From: Abditibacterium sp.
GTDB lineage: Bacteria > Armatimonadota > Abditibacteriia > Abditibacteriales > Abditibacteriaceae
Direction of reading: 5' to 3'
Assembly (NCBI GenBank): GCA_965199495.1
Contig: CBDASK010000003.1
Coordinates: 4,512,001-4,576,000, forward strand
DNA length: 64,000 bases
This document shows, in pieces, positions 37,544 to 47,442 of this stretch. The notes under the pieces are model-generated. The model was not told the origin of the DNA. It was given only the letters and a program-made list of their open reading frames with translations, and made no database searches. The translations under genes were made by a program, and so were the position numbers. The stretch's first letter is position 1, and each line of letters opens with the position of its first letter.

Positions 37544-39736
37544 TCAGCTTCTAACAACCGATTCCTGAATCGCAATTCCTTCGCCGTGGCTGTGACCATT
37601 GAGCGCGCCCGCGTTGTTTTTGCGCGTTTGGAAGCGTCCGCCGAGCCAATTCAAAACCCACAGCGCGAACGCGCCGACGGCGCCGCCGATGACGATGCCC
37701 GCCAAAGAGCGCCAAATGTCAAAAAAGACCGGCGTGTGAATGTGGCACATCGTGTTGACGATGTCGGATTGGCCGATTGTCGCCAAAACCAGCACGCCCA
37801 GCGCGATGGCTTTGCGGTCGCGCAGCATGAACCACAGCGAAATGATGAACGCCGGATGGCCCATGAAAATTTCTTTGGTGCGCGGGCGCGTCACGAAAAC
37901 GCGCTCCAAAACCGCGCGCATTTTGAGTTCGATGGGCGAAATTTCCATGCCCGATTCGTTGCCAAAACGCGCCATCCAAATGTAGCCAACCGCTAAAATT
38001 ATGATAGACAAAACCGCCGTTTGCACTGTAAAAGGCCGATCAATGGCGCGCCGAAAACGCGTTTTCATTAACGCCAGACCGGGCGCGGCGCCATCTTGAA
38101 TCACGCGATGCGGGAACAGTTCGCCCAGAAACGCGAGCGGAATTAAGATTAAAGGCACGAACTGCGTGGCTTTTTCACCCAGAAATTCGTCGGCCTTGGA
38201 CAGGTAACGCCACTCGTTGAGCAATGATACGATGTGCAGCGACAGCAACAGCGAGAGCAGCGAAGTGCCCAGCAAAATGCCGAAGCCAAACCACGCGGTT
38301 TGCCCGATGCTGTCGTTTTTCGGCTTGCGAAACCCGTCCCAAATCGCGGGCAAGCCGCCCCACAGCATCGCGACAATCGAAGCGCAAATGCCAGCTTCCA
38401 TGCCCATGATCTGCGCGCCTTTGCCCTGCGACAAACTCAATGCGGCGACAATGATTAAACCGGCGATGAGCCAGTTGCGGCGCCCGGCGGCGCTCCAATC
38501 GTGAAAAAGATAGACCAGCAAAAGCGTCATGCCGACGGTGCCGACGCCGCTCAAAAATAGCATCAGATAATTGATGATGCGCGCGCCCTTTTCGCCAAAG
38601 TTTGGTTCCAGATACGAAGTCGGATAATTGCCAAACGCCTGCGCCGCGCCCAGAGTTGGCGCCGGTCGCAAGAAGCCACCGACCAAAGGCGGTCGCACCA
38701 AATCTTCGCTGACGCGCTGCATGAAGTCCAAATTCTGTTGATACGGCGTCATTTTCAATTCGATGGGCGCGCTCAAATCGCCCGGTTTCACCGGAATCGG
38801 TTCGCCCTTTTCCTGGCGCATCAAACGAATATAAAGCACGCGCATATCGCGTTCGCGCGCCGCGCGCACGAAACGCTCGACCAGAACTTCGGGATCGGCG
38901 CGCGCGGCTTCGTCGCCGTTGACGGTATGAAGCCGCGCCAAATCGCCCTGAGTGTCCATCGCGAAATCGCGAGTGCCGCGCTGTTTGGAAAACTCGATCA
39001 GCGTGTAAATCAACTTGCGCGCGCGCATTTCGCGCGCGACCGAACTCATCAACGAATCGTAGCCCAACACTTCGTCGTCGGGGAAAACTACGACTTTAGC
39101 GCCGGTTTTCTCGATGTCGTCGAACGTTTGCTTCAAACGCGCGGGCGTCAGGTTCAGCGAATTGGAAACGCGCGCTGTGGGAATGTAGCCGTTGTCGTGG
39201 ACGAACTTGATTTGCTGCGGGTCGAAGCCCATCGAAGCGTCGTTGAACAATTGCTTGGAGGCCGTTACCGCGATGAGCGAACGTCCATCCGCTTGCAACT
39301 GTAACGGCGGCGTGGCTGCTAACGACTGGTCTTTGATGCGCCCGAAAATTTGAGTCATCAACGCGGCGTCATCCGAATTGATGACGTAGCGATAAGCGGC
39401 GGGCACTTGAGTCCAATTGACGCCCGGATAAATTTTTTCGGCGGATTCGCGCGGCGAAATCGCGATGCGCGCGTTATCGCGCATCGTGCTCAATGTCTGG
39501 TTATAAATCGCCAGCGAAGTCGCGCCGCGCTTTTTGAAATCGGCCAGCAACTGCTTTTGCGAAATGCCATAAGCATCGGCCATCGAAGCGGTGTCTTCGT
39601 AATCGAGCGTGATTTGCGTGGAAAGCTGGCGATTTTCGTAATAAGCACGAAAAATCGTCCAAAACAGGCCATTGAAAACGCCGATGGCGACTAAAATCCA
39701 GGCCAGACGGAAACGGGGATGAGTGAAAGTATTCAA
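37544..39736 (-). CDS. DUF5693-family membrane protein
   Basis: RAARER..R.LY, RPRTKE...GHP, NT.CH.HTP motifs; multiple C-terminal TM helices. Confidence 0.7.
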   Translation of the reverse strand: MNTFTHPRFRLAWILVAIGVFNGLFWTIFRAYYENRQLSTQITLDYEDTASMADAYGISQKQLLADFKKRGATSLAIYNQTLSTMRDNARIAISPRESAEKIYPGVNWTQVPAAYRYVINSDDAALMTQIFGRIKDQSLAATPPLQLQADGRSLIAVTASKQLFNDASMGFDPQQIKFVHDNGYIPTARVSNSLNLTPARLKQTFDDIEKTGAKVVVFPDDEVLGYDSLMSSVAREMRARKLIYTLIEFSKQRGTRDFAMDTQGDLARLHTVNGDEAARADPEVLVERFVRAARERDMRVLYIRLMRQEKGEPIPVKPGDLSAPIELKMTPYQQNLDFMQRVSEDLVRPPLVGGFLRPAPTLGAAQAFGNYPTSYLEPNFGEKGARIINYLMLFLSGVGTVGMTLLLVYLFHDWSAAGRRNWLIAGLIIVAALSLSQGKGAQIMGMEAGICASIVAMLWGGLPAIWDGFRKPKNDSIGQTAWFGFGILLGTSLLSLLLSLHIVSLLNEWRYLSKADEFLGEKATQFVPLILIPLAFLGELFPHRVIQDGAAPGLALMKTRFRRAIDRPFTVQTAVLSIIILAVGYIWMARFGNESGMEISPIELKMRAVLERVFVTRPRTKEIFMGHPAFIISLWFMLRDRKAIALGVLVLATIGQSDIVNTMCHIHTPVFFDIWRSLAGIVIGGAVGAFALWVLNWLGGRFQTRKNNAGALNGHSHGEGIAIQESVVRS

Positions 39737-39793
39737 AACGGGGCGACCTTGCGAATATGCCAGTATAAAGGCGCCTCACAATTTGGCGCAAAA

Positions 39794-39823
39794 ACGGGCG
39801 CGCGTCAATTGACGCGCGCCCGT
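39794..39823. repeat. Perfect 30-bp palindrome
   Basis: ACGGGCGCGCGTCAATTGACGCGCGCCCGT. Confidence 0.75.
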
Positions 39824-39879
39824 CGGCGGTGAAGAACGGTTGAAAGAGGAGGACTTGTTCGGCGAATGTTTTGGTGCTT

Positions 39880-39943
39880 CCGTAGGGGCTTGCCGCGCAA
39901 GCCCACCTCCTCTGTTGTGGACTTGCGCGGCAAGCCCCTACGG
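39880..39943. repeat. REP doublet (GTAGGGGC family)
   Basis: CCGTAGGGGCTTGCCGCGCAAGCCCAC ... GTGGACTTGCGCGGCAAGCCCCTACGG; GTAG plus internal palindrome. Confidence 0.8.
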
Positions 39944-39973
39944 TTGATTACGGGCAATGTAATAAGAATCCAA

Positions 39974-41230
39974 TTAATCTTCGTCCTCATCGCTCCCACT
40001 GAGCAATTTGTCCAAACCGGCGCCCTTGGCTTTGCTACGCAAATGCCGTAGCGCGCGCAATTCCAATTCATTGATGCGGTCGCGCGATAAACCCAACGCC
40101 TTGGCGACATCTTCGCTCGAAAGCGAACCGGCGTTGGCGTAATTGCCCAGACCGAATCGCATCGAAATCACGTCTTGTTCGCGCTCGCTCAAACCTTCGA
40201 GCAACTTGTTGACGCCCGACGCGACTTCGCGTTTGGCGGCGGCATCGGCGACGACTTCGACATCGTCTTCGGTCAACTGCTCGTTTAAATCGGCGCCGTC
40301 TTCGCCGCCGCCCGACGACAAATCGAGCGACAACGGCGACAATGCCGCGCGTTGCGCTTCCTCGATTTGAGCGACCGTTAAACCGCTCGCTTCGGCAATT
40401 TCTTCGCGCGTGGGCGAGCGATCCAACTTCTGTGACAATTCGCGTTGCGCCTTTTGCATCTTCTCGATGGCTTTATACAATTCGCCGCTCAGCTTCATCA
40501 TGCGCGAATGTTCGGTGATGGCGCGGTTCATCGCGCGCCGAATCCACCAGGTCGCATACGAGCCGAAAGTTTTGTTCGAGTCGGGCCGATAACGCTCGAC
40601 CGCATCAATCAAACCGATATTGCCTTCTTGCAGCAAATCGGTAATTGAAAGCGACGTGCGCGCCGCCGCCGCTTTGGCGATGTGAACGACCAAACGTAAA
40701 TTCGATTCGACCAAATCGTTGCGCGCTTTGGTCGCTTCGTCGGGCGCGCCGTGATGCGCAATCGCCGCCAGAGCGCGCTCGGTTTGCGCGTCCAAACGCG
40801 GCACGCGGCCCATGCGGTCGAGATAGATTTTGAGCGCGTCGTCCACCGGTTTCTGTGCGTCGTCAATGTCTTCGCCCGCGTAAAGCTCTTCTTCCTGCGC
40901 GATAAATTCGGCGACCGAACTCAAATCATCGTCTTTGCCGATGTTTTCTAAATCCGACAAAATCGCGTCCAAATCCGAATGCGCATCGTCGGTTTTCGGC
41001 TTATTTTTCTTAGCTTTTTTCGGTTGCGCGGGCGCTTCTTCGACCACGGGAATCGCGCGGCTTTCGAGCGCGCTCAGAATATCTTCGATGTCGGTCTCGT
41101 CGAGTTCGAGGTCAATTAATAAATCGTTGATCTGGGCAAACGAGATTTTTCCGTCGCGCGCGCCGCGTTCGATAAGGGCAGCCACGGCGGGCTGCTGCAA
41201 AAGTTCGTCGGGAGACTGTGTGTATGCCAT
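39974..41230 (-). CDS. RpoD-like sigma-70 factor paralogue (has region 1.1, divergent region 4)
   Basis: NLRLVVHIAK, DLLQEGNIGL, F.SYATWWIR, LSERE..VI.MRFGL. Confidence 0.85.
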   Translation of the reverse strand: MAYTQSPDELLQQPAVAALIERGARDGKISFAQINDLLIDLELDETDIEDILSALESRAIPVVEEAPAQPKKAKKNKPKTDDAHSDLDAILSDLENIGKDDDLSSVAEFIAQEEELYAGEDIDDAQKPVDDALKIYLDRMGRVPRLDAQTERALAAIAHHGAPDEATKARNDLVESNLRLVVHIAKAAAARTSLSITDLLQEGNIGLIDAVERYRPDSNKTFGSYATWWIRRAMNRAITEHSRMMKLSGELYKAIEKMQKAQRELSQKLDRSPTREEIAEASGLTVAQIEEAQRAALSPLSLDLSSGGGEDGADLNEQLTEDDVEVVADAAAKREVASGVNKLLEGLSEREQDVISMRFGLGNYANAGSLSSEDVAKALGLSRDRINELELRALRHLRSKAKGAGLDKLLSGSDEDED

Positions 41231-41281
41231 GTAAAATCGGAGGGTTACAGACGCAACAGTGCCGCAATCGTGCCGCAGTTT

Positions 41282-41429
41282 CAGGGAACAAGTGGCAGGG
41301 AGCAGGGAACACGGTTTTAAGTGAGTTATAACTTTGACGCGGTTTTAAGACGGGCAAAGGTGATTTCTGCCACGTAAACAACGCACTTCCATCAAACCTT
41401 GTCCCTTGCTCCCTTCCACTTGTTCCCTG
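41282..41429. repeat. Inverted arrays of short heptamer-like repeats (AGGGAAC/AGGGAC type)
   Basis: CAGGGAACAAGTGGCAGGGAGCAGGGAAC ... GTCCCTTGCTCCCTTCCACTTGTTCCCTG. Confidence 0.6.
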
Positions 41430-41482
41430 GAGCCGTTACACTCAACGGTTGCTTTCTTTTGGGAAGAACTCTTAAATCACCT

Positions 41483-41866
41483 ATGCCTCTCGATAACTTG
41501 ACCGAACTGCGTCGCCGCGTGCCCGGCGGCAAATATAACTTGGCCCGCGCCGTGGCTGAGCGCGCGCGCCAACTGCAATCGGGCGAAAGCACGCCGCTCG
41601 TCGAAGTGAAATCGCCCAATCCGCTCAGCGTGGCCATCGAAGAAATCGTACAGGGCAAAATTTCGTTCACCGTCACCAAAGAGGGCGAAGTCGGCCACTC
41701 CGATTATGTGGACGAAAACGCCGAACTGCTCGCCGCCGATGCCGTGGACGAAGCGATTTTCGAGACGCCCGCCGAAGCCGAAGACGCCATCGCCGCCGAT
41801 GGCGAAGTCATGGACGACGTGCGCCAAACGCTCGAAGCCAACGCGCAAGCGACCGATAAAGCGTAA
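41483..41866 (+). CDS. rpoZ: RNA polymerase omega subunit with acidic tail
   Basis: GKYNL...VAERARQL, NPLSVAIEEI..GKI. Confidence 0.85.
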   Translation: MPLDNLTELRRRVPGGKYNLARAVAERARQLQSGESTPLVEVKSPNPLSVAIEEIVQGKISFTVTKEGEVGHSDYVDENAELLAADAVDEAIFETPAEAEDAIAADGEVMDDVRQTLEANAQATDKA

Positions 41867-41879
41867 ATTTTCACGCGCG

Positions 41880-41917
41880 AAAAGCCCCGCCAACGATTAA
41901 GTTGGTGGGGCTTTTTT
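41880..41917 (+). terminator. Intrinsic terminator after rpoZ
   Basis: AAAAGCCCCGCCAAC...GTTGGTGGGGCTTTTTT. Confidence 0.8.
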
Positions 41918-41945
41918 GTTTGAAATATTGAATCTAAATTTCTAA

Positions 41946-42647
41946 TTAGGCTCTTAAATTAACTTCAAATCCCGCCGCGATTTTCTCCAAAACCGCAATA
42001 TTATCGCGCGATTCGCCTAAAAATGGCACCTGCGCCCAGATGGGCAAACCCGTCATTTCGCGCAATAATTCGACGTTGGTCGCAGCAGCCACGTCGCCTT
42101 CGTCAATCGGCGCGGCGTCATTAAAAATCAACGATTCAATGCGCGGCGCCGATTTGACCGACAACAGCGTGTGATTGATCGTGCCCAGGGTGCGGCGCGC
42201 GACCAAAATAATCGGGCAATCCAAATCGTTGGCGAAATCGCGCGCTGTCCAGATGCCGTTTTCGTCTTCGCCAATCGGAACTTCCAAACCGCCAACGCCT
42301 TCGACTAAAACGACATCGCAGCGCGATTTCAATTGATCAATGGCGTCGTGCGCGCACCCGCGCCAATCGGCAGTTGAAACGTCCGCGCGGCGCGCGGCGA
42401 CGAGCGGCGCGAGCGGTTCTTCTAAAGAAATCGCGTTAATTTTCCACAACGCTTGAGGCAAATTTAAAATGGATTTGAGATAAAGGGCGTCTTCGCTTTG
42501 CAGTTCACCGTCGCGCCATTGGCAACCCGAAGCGAACGGTTTGATGACGCCGACGTTCAAACCTAATTGTCGAAACTTGAGCGCGAGCAAAGCCGTAACG
42601 ACGGTTTTGCCGACGCCGGTATCGGTGCCGGAAATAAAAAAAGTCAT
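41946..42647 (-). CDS. bioD: Dethiobiotin synthetase
   Basis: SGTDTGVGKT, KP.ASG, P.AP..AA, VEGVGG, LGTINHT. Confidence 0.92.
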   Translation of the reverse strand: MTFFISGTDTGVGKTVVTALLALKFRQLGLNVGVIKPFASGCQWRDGELQSEDALYLKSILNLPQALWKINAISLEEPLAPLVAARRADVSTADWRGCAHDAIDQLKSRCDVVLVEGVGGLEVPIGEDENGIWTARDFANDLDCPIILVARRTLGTINHTLLSVKSAPRIESLIFNDAAPIDEGDVAAATNVELLREMTGLPIWAQVPFLGESRDNIAVLEKIAAGFEVNLRA

Positions 42648-42648
42648 T

Positions 42649-42752
42649 TCGGATGTCAGATTTCGGATGTCAGATTTCGGATAAAGGCCGAAGCCAGTTG
42701 AACGATAGGTAACTTGCTTCAAAGCATCTGAAATCTGGGATCTGACATCCGA
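42649..42752. repeat. Inverted heptamer arrays (TCGGATG/TCAGATT)
   Basis: TCGGATGTCAGATTTCGGATGTCAGATTTCGG ... ATCTGAAATCTGGGATCTGACATCCGA. Confidence 0.65.
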
Positions 42753-42763
42753 TTATCCGAGAC

Positions 42764-43267
42764 CTATTCCCAGTTCCAGCAGGTGACGAGCGGTTGTTCG
42801 CTTGTCCATTTGGAGGCCGGTTTTTTGCGGCCCTGCGAGTCTTTGGTCATCAGTTGAGTCATCGCTTCTTCGATGCGAAACATCGCGACGAGCTGGGGAT
42901 GCGGTTCGGTGGGATGGGTGAATTCCTGCAATTTCTCGTGGAATTTGACGACGTTTGGGCAACCATCGGCGACGGTGTCCCAATCCAAATCGCCGCACAA
43001 AAATTCGGCGTAAAGGTCGCGGCGCTTTTTGGCGGCGGCTTGCGAGCGCTCCAGCCCGCTCCACATGCGGCACAGCTCGATGAGCAAATCTCCATTGATG
43101 CCCAGCCCTAATTTGCCTCCGCGTTTGCGCAGTCCCATCGCGCTTTGCAGCAGCGTGCGGTCGACATCGTCGGTTTCTTTGCCCAACTCTTTCTCGCGCT
43201 GATCCAAAATCCAGCCTTCTTCCTCGTTGATCGCTCTGCCGTAATACAAAAAGTCGTGTGCTTCCAT
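42764..43267 (-). CDS. Hypothetical protein
   Basis: 167-aa ORF with host-like codon use, in the co-oriented run. Confidence 0.6.
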   Translation of the reverse strand: MEAHDFLYYGRAINEEEGWILDQREKELGKETDDVDRTLLQSAMGLRKRGGKLGLGINGDLLIELCRMWSGLERSQAAAKKRRDLYAEFLCGDLDWDTVADGCPNVVKFHEKLQEFTHPTEPHPQLVAMFRIEEAMTQLMTKDSQGRKKPASKWTSEQPLVTCWNWE

Positions 43268-43278
43268 AATTGAGTTAT

Positions 43279-44829
43279 TCAGTTTTCCGCCCGTCCCCAG
43301 CCTCCACCGCCCGGCGTGGCTATGGTCAAACGTTCGCCCGTCGCGAACTCTCGCGTAAATTGCGCGGGCATCGCAGACATGCTTTCTAAGTTTGTCAGAT
43401 TTCGCCCAACTGCGCCCTGTTTTCCCTGATTTGCCCCCGGCGGCGCCGTTTCGCGCCGCGTCGAAAGCATCGTCACCGTCGCGTCGCGCAAAAATTCATA
43501 TTCGCGCACCAACCCATCGCCACCGCTATTTAAACCCTGACCACCCGAACCTTGACGAACACAGTATTGCGTCACTCGGAGCGGAAAAGCACGTTCGAGC
43601 GCCTCAACCGGCGTATTGAGCGTGTTGGTCATATGAGTTTGCACCGCGCTCGCGCCTTTGCGCACCGGTGAAGCGCCCGCGCCGCCGCCCAGCGTTTCGT
43701 AATACGTCCACGGCGCGCCGTTTTCATCGGTTCCGCCCATCGTCACGTTGTTCATCGTGCCCGCGCTGCACGCCGGAATTTGATCGGGCAACGCGTGCTG
43801 CATCGCTTGCGTAATTACGTCAACGATGCGCTGCGAAGTCTCGACGTTGCCACCAGCCACGGCGGCGGGCGATTGCGCATGAACAACGCTTCCACGCGGC
43901 GCCACAACCGAAATCGGCGCGAAAGTGCCTGAATTTAACGGCACATCTTCGCCCAGCAAACACGCGACAACATAATAACACGCGCTGAGTGTTATCGCCT
44001 CGACCGCATTCAAACTGCCCGCGACTTGTGGCGCAGTGCCGCTAAAATCGAAACCAATCGAATCGCCGTCAATCGTCATTGCCAACCGAATTTCGGCGAG
44101 TTCATCGCCGCATTCCAAAACGTCAGCCGCGCAATAAATTCCGTCCGGCCAACTCGCGATTACAGCCCGCGAACGCTTTTGCGCGTAAGTTTGCAGATGG
44201 CGCGCGTAAGCCATTAATTCGCCGTGGCTACTGTTCGCGGCGAGTTCGCGCAAACGTTCGTCGCCGCGAAAGAGCGCCGCGAGTTGCGCTTCCAAATCGC
44301 CGCGCCGTTCGTCGGGCGTGCGCGTGTTGCGCAAGATTATTTGCCAAACCGCGTCATTGCGTTTGCCGTTTTCGACTAAAAGTAGCGGCGGAATGATCAA
44401 ACCTTCCTGATAAATTTCGCGAGACAACGGCAAACTGCCCGGCGACATGCCACCAATATCGGCGTGATGCGCGCGATTGGCGACGAAGAAATCGGGCGTA
44501 TTATTTCCGCAAAAGACCGGCGCGACAACGGTAATATCGGGCAAATGCGTGCCGCCCGCGAATGGATCATTGAGAATAACGACATCGCCTTCGCGCCAAG
44601 CAGCCACGGCACCGCGCGCGGCGGTGACGCTGGCCTTCATCGCGCCCAGATGAACCGGAATATGCGCGGCCTGCGCGACTAATTCGCCCTGAGCGTCGAA
44701 AATCGCGCACGAGAAGTCGAGCCGTTCTTTGATGTTGGGCGAAAACCCGGTGCGTTTCAAAGCCTCGCCCATCTCTTCGGCGATGCCCGCGAAACGATGG
44801 CGGTAAAGTTCGAGTGTGATCGAATCCAT
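43279..44829 (-). CDS. Hydantoinase B/5-oxoprolinase family protein
   Basis: SPNIKERLDFSCA, HIPVHLG, NDPFAGGTHLPD, HHADIGG, GGNVETSQR, TPGGGG. Confidence 0.9.
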   Translation of the reverse strand: MDSITLELYRHRFAGIAEEMGEALKRTGFSPNIKERLDFSCAIFDAQGELVAQAAHIPVHLGAMKASVTAARGAVAAWREGDVVILNDPFAGGTHLPDITVVAPVFCGNNTPDFFVANRAHHADIGGMSPGSLPLSREIYQEGLIIPPLLLVENGKRNDAVWQIILRNTRTPDERRGDLEAQLAALFRGDERLRELAANSSHGELMAYARHLQTYAQKRSRAVIASWPDGIYCAADVLECGDELAEIRLAMTIDGDSIGFDFSGTAPQVAGSLNAVEAITLSACYYVVACLLGEDVPLNSGTFAPISVVAPRGSVVHAQSPAAVAGGNVETSQRIVDVITQAMQHALPDQIPACSAGTMNNVTMGGTDENGAPWTYYETLGGGAGASPVRKGASAVQTHMTNTLNTPVEALERAFPLRVTQYCVRQGSGGQGLNSGGDGLVREYEFLRDATVTMLSTRRETAPPGANQGKQGAVGRNLTNLESMSAMPAQFTREFATGERLTIATPGGGGWGRAEN

Positions 44830-44859
44830 GTTTTGGGTTATTTGGTTTTTGTCGAGATT

Positions 44860-45091
44860 GGTCGTTTTGCGATTATAGGTTTGAGGAGAGCATTGACTGC
44901 TGCCCCTCACCCCAGCCCTCTCCCACAGGAGAGGGAGCCACTTACTTGCGAGCAGTGGCGCGAGGAACTGACTTACAAGCCAGTTCTTGCAGCTCATACT
45001 CTCCAGCGAGTGGCTCCCTCTCCTGTGGGAGAGGGCTGGGGTGAGGGGCAGCAGTCAATGCTCTCCTCAAACTCATAATCGCAAAACGACC
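44860..45091. repeat. Long inverted repeat of the CCCTCACCCCAGCCCTCTCCC family
   Basis: About 83-bp near-perfect arms at 44860-44943 and 45009-45091. Confidence 0.85.
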
Positions 45092-45130
45092 CATTCTTCG
45101 CTTTCCCCTAAAATCCTACTCAGCGAAAAC

Positions 45131-46235
45131 CTATTCTTCGCCCACCGTATGTTCCAGATACGCATAAATAAACGGGTCAAAATCGCCGTCCATCACACCG
45201 GGAATATCGGCGGTTTCGTGGCTCGTCCTCAAATCTTTCACCAATTGATACGGCTGAAAAACGTAGTTGCGAATTTGACTGCCCCACTCGTTCGACAAAA
45301 CTTCGCCGCGCAAACTGGCGATATGTTCGCGCCGCTTGCGCCATTCCAACTCGAACAATTTCGATCTTAAAACGCGCATCGCGACTTCCTTGTTTTGCAA
45401 CTGCGAACGCTCGTTCTGACACTGGGTGACAACGCCGGTCGGAATGTGCGTGATGCGAATCGCCGTCTCGTTTTTCTGCACGTTCTGGCCGCCCGCGCTC
45501 GACGCGCGAAAAGTATCAATGCGCAAATCTTTGTCGTCAATTTCGACTTCGACGGTATCGGCGATTTCGGGCACGACATCAACTGAGGCAAAGCTCGTCA
45601 TGCGTTTGCCCTGCGAGTTGAACGGCGAAATCCGCACCAACCGATGCACGCCCGCCTCGGCCTTGCAATGGCCGTAAGCGTTTTCACCCTTGATAATCGC
45701 CGAAAAACCTTTGAGTCCAGCTTCGTCGCCGGGATTTTCTTCGATGACTTCGACGCTAAATTTTTTGCGGTCGGCCCAGCGCAAATAAGCCCGAACCATC
45801 ATCTGTGCCCAGTCCTGCGCTTCGGTTCCGCCCGCTCCGGCGTTGACCGAAAATATCGCGTTATTGGCGTCGTATTCGCCCGAAAATAATAATGTGCGCT
45901 CGAAAGCGCGGTATTCTTTGTCGAGTTGGGAAAATTCGCCGTCAATTTCTTTCGCCATGCTTTCGTCGCTTTCGGCTTGCGCCATTTCGACCAATTCGAG
46001 CAAATCGGCGGCGCGTTTATCGAGTGTGTCGAACGGCAAAACAAAGGCGCGGCCCGCCGAAAGTTGGCGCATAATATCCTGCGCGTTTTCGGTATCGTTC
46101 CACAAATCGGGGTCTTCGGCCTGCGTTTCTAATTCGGTTAATTGTGATTTTCGTTGAGGCAGGTCAAAGACCATCACCCTTGGCGCGCAACCCTTGGCGG
46201 ATCGCTTCGAGCGCATCTTTCGTGTGTTCTAACAT
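45131..46235 (-). CDS. prfB: Peptide chain release factor 2 (programmed +1 frameshift at 46169-46163)
   Basis: SPF and GGQ motifs; ATG 46235 reads 23 codons to CTT-TGA-C, preceded by an internal SD-like GGTGAT. Confidence 0.95.
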
Positions 46236-46275
46236 TGCGATTTAAGTTAAGCAGGATTTGGCCATGAAAGAAGAT

Positions 46276-47133
46276 TTACAAAGTTTTATACCAATCGGAA
46301 TCTACACTAACCTCTTCGACAACTTGGGTTGTAATACCAAGTCCTAACTCTCTCAACTTTTCCGCGAGTTGTTCACCATCCACCAAATCGATTGGCGGGG
46401 CGCCATCACGGATAGCTTCTTTAATGGCGTCTCTGGTGAAAGTGCCAGTTGTGACGAATAGTCCTTTATCGGCGCGCCCAACCATTGCACCGCGAAAATC
46501 ACGGATTGCGCTCGACGAAACCGAACCTTGATATTTCTTACATTGAAATATAACGTGAAAACTGAGCAATCCATTGATACGAGCGATACCTTTTCCATCT
46601 ATGCCACCGTCGCCGCTTCTTCCAGTAACTTCGACTTGCACAAATCCTGATTCGCGTAAAAGGCGTTTCACCAAACGCTCAAAAGCGTTGGCATCCATTT
46701 CTTGGGTCAGAATGTGGTGCAGTTGCTCTTTCCAAGTTAAGTTCTCTGTGGATGCAATTTCGTTATCCGCATCATTAGCAGCAACCGAAATGTTTTTCCC
46801 GACCTTATCCATTTCGCGCACAAAGCGCACAACTTCTTTATGATTAACTTTTTCGATGTGGCGTTTATCAGGCACAATTGCCCATACACCGCGACTGGAA
46901 TTTTCTAATATCCCATACTTTTTTAAGTAAGTGCGCGCCCATGCAAGACGATATCCGATTTCTGTTTGGTTGCTCTTTTCAGCGTTATGCGGCACATTCA
47001 AAATATCTTCGGGCAGATTCGTAATTTCGGTGACTTTCTCGTAAATTTCTTCAATCGATCCAGAGCCTCCGAGTTGTTTGAGCGCCTGCAAAAGCGGATT
47101 CATCAAGAGTTCGTAAGGCGGGATTTGTTTCAT
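46276..47133 (-). CDS. mrr: Mrr-family type IV restriction endonuclease
   Basis: Mrr_N wHTH (YRLAWARTYLKKYG..ENSSRGVW) plus catalytic GDGGIDG...QCK.Y, RDFRGAM, LVDGEQL; low GC. Confidence 0.85.
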   Translation of the reverse strand: MKQIPPYELLMNPLLQALKQLGGSGSIEEIYEKVTEITNLPEDILNVPHNAEKSNQTEIGYRLAWARTYLKKYGILENSSRGVWAIVPDKRHIEKVNHKEVVRFVREMDKVGKNISVAANDADNEIASTENLTWKEQLHHILTQEMDANAFERLVKRLLRESGFVQVEVTGRSGDGGIDGKGIARINGLLSFHVIFQCKKYQGSVSSSAIRDFRGAMVGRADKGLFVTTGTFTRDAIKEAIRDGAPPIDLVDGEQLAEKLRELGLGITTQVVEEVSVDSDWYKTL

Positions 47134-47167
47134 AATGTTTCGTTTTTCAGATTCTACGCACCCTATT

Positions 47168-47265
47168 TTACTCCAACGCCTCGTCCAACAGATACGCCAA
47201 AACCAGATTCGTCGTCGCCACAAATCCATCCAAATGCACGCGCCAGATTTCCATAACGCGTCGCT
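47168..47265 (-). pseudogene. Relic duplicate of the 3' end of the M42 peptidase gene
   Basis: Encodes RVHLDGFVATTNLVLAYLLDEALE* versus intact RTHLDGLVATTNLVVAYLLDEALE*, plus a DALWKSGA fragment. Confidence 0.75.
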
Positions 47266-47330
47266 ACTTCTGCAAATAGCCCGTTAATCCAGTGTTATTA
47301 CCTTGACTTATTTTATTTTTTCATGATAGA

Positions 47331-47359
47331 TTGACAACAAATTGGAGTTATCATAAAAT
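47331..47359 (+). promoter_or_regulatory. Sigma-70 promoter of the Dyp peroxidase gene
   Basis: TTGACA-17 bp-TAAAAT. Confidence 0.6.
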
Positions 47360-47442
47360 CATCGTGGCTTCGCTATTCATATAACTTTAAGAGTAAAAAT
47401 TGTGCAGCCGCCGTTGGAAAACCATTGAAAAAGGAGAATTTC

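Noticed and set aside
44830..44997. Extended starts for hydantoinase B (and likewise cax, mpg, bioD, purK and 52253..52999)
   Set aside because: The extensions translate palindromic or tandem repeats, not conserved protein.
47134..47229. N-terminal extension of Mrr
   Set aside because: Read-through of the relic M42 gene end in another frame; Mrr homology begins at ATG 47133.
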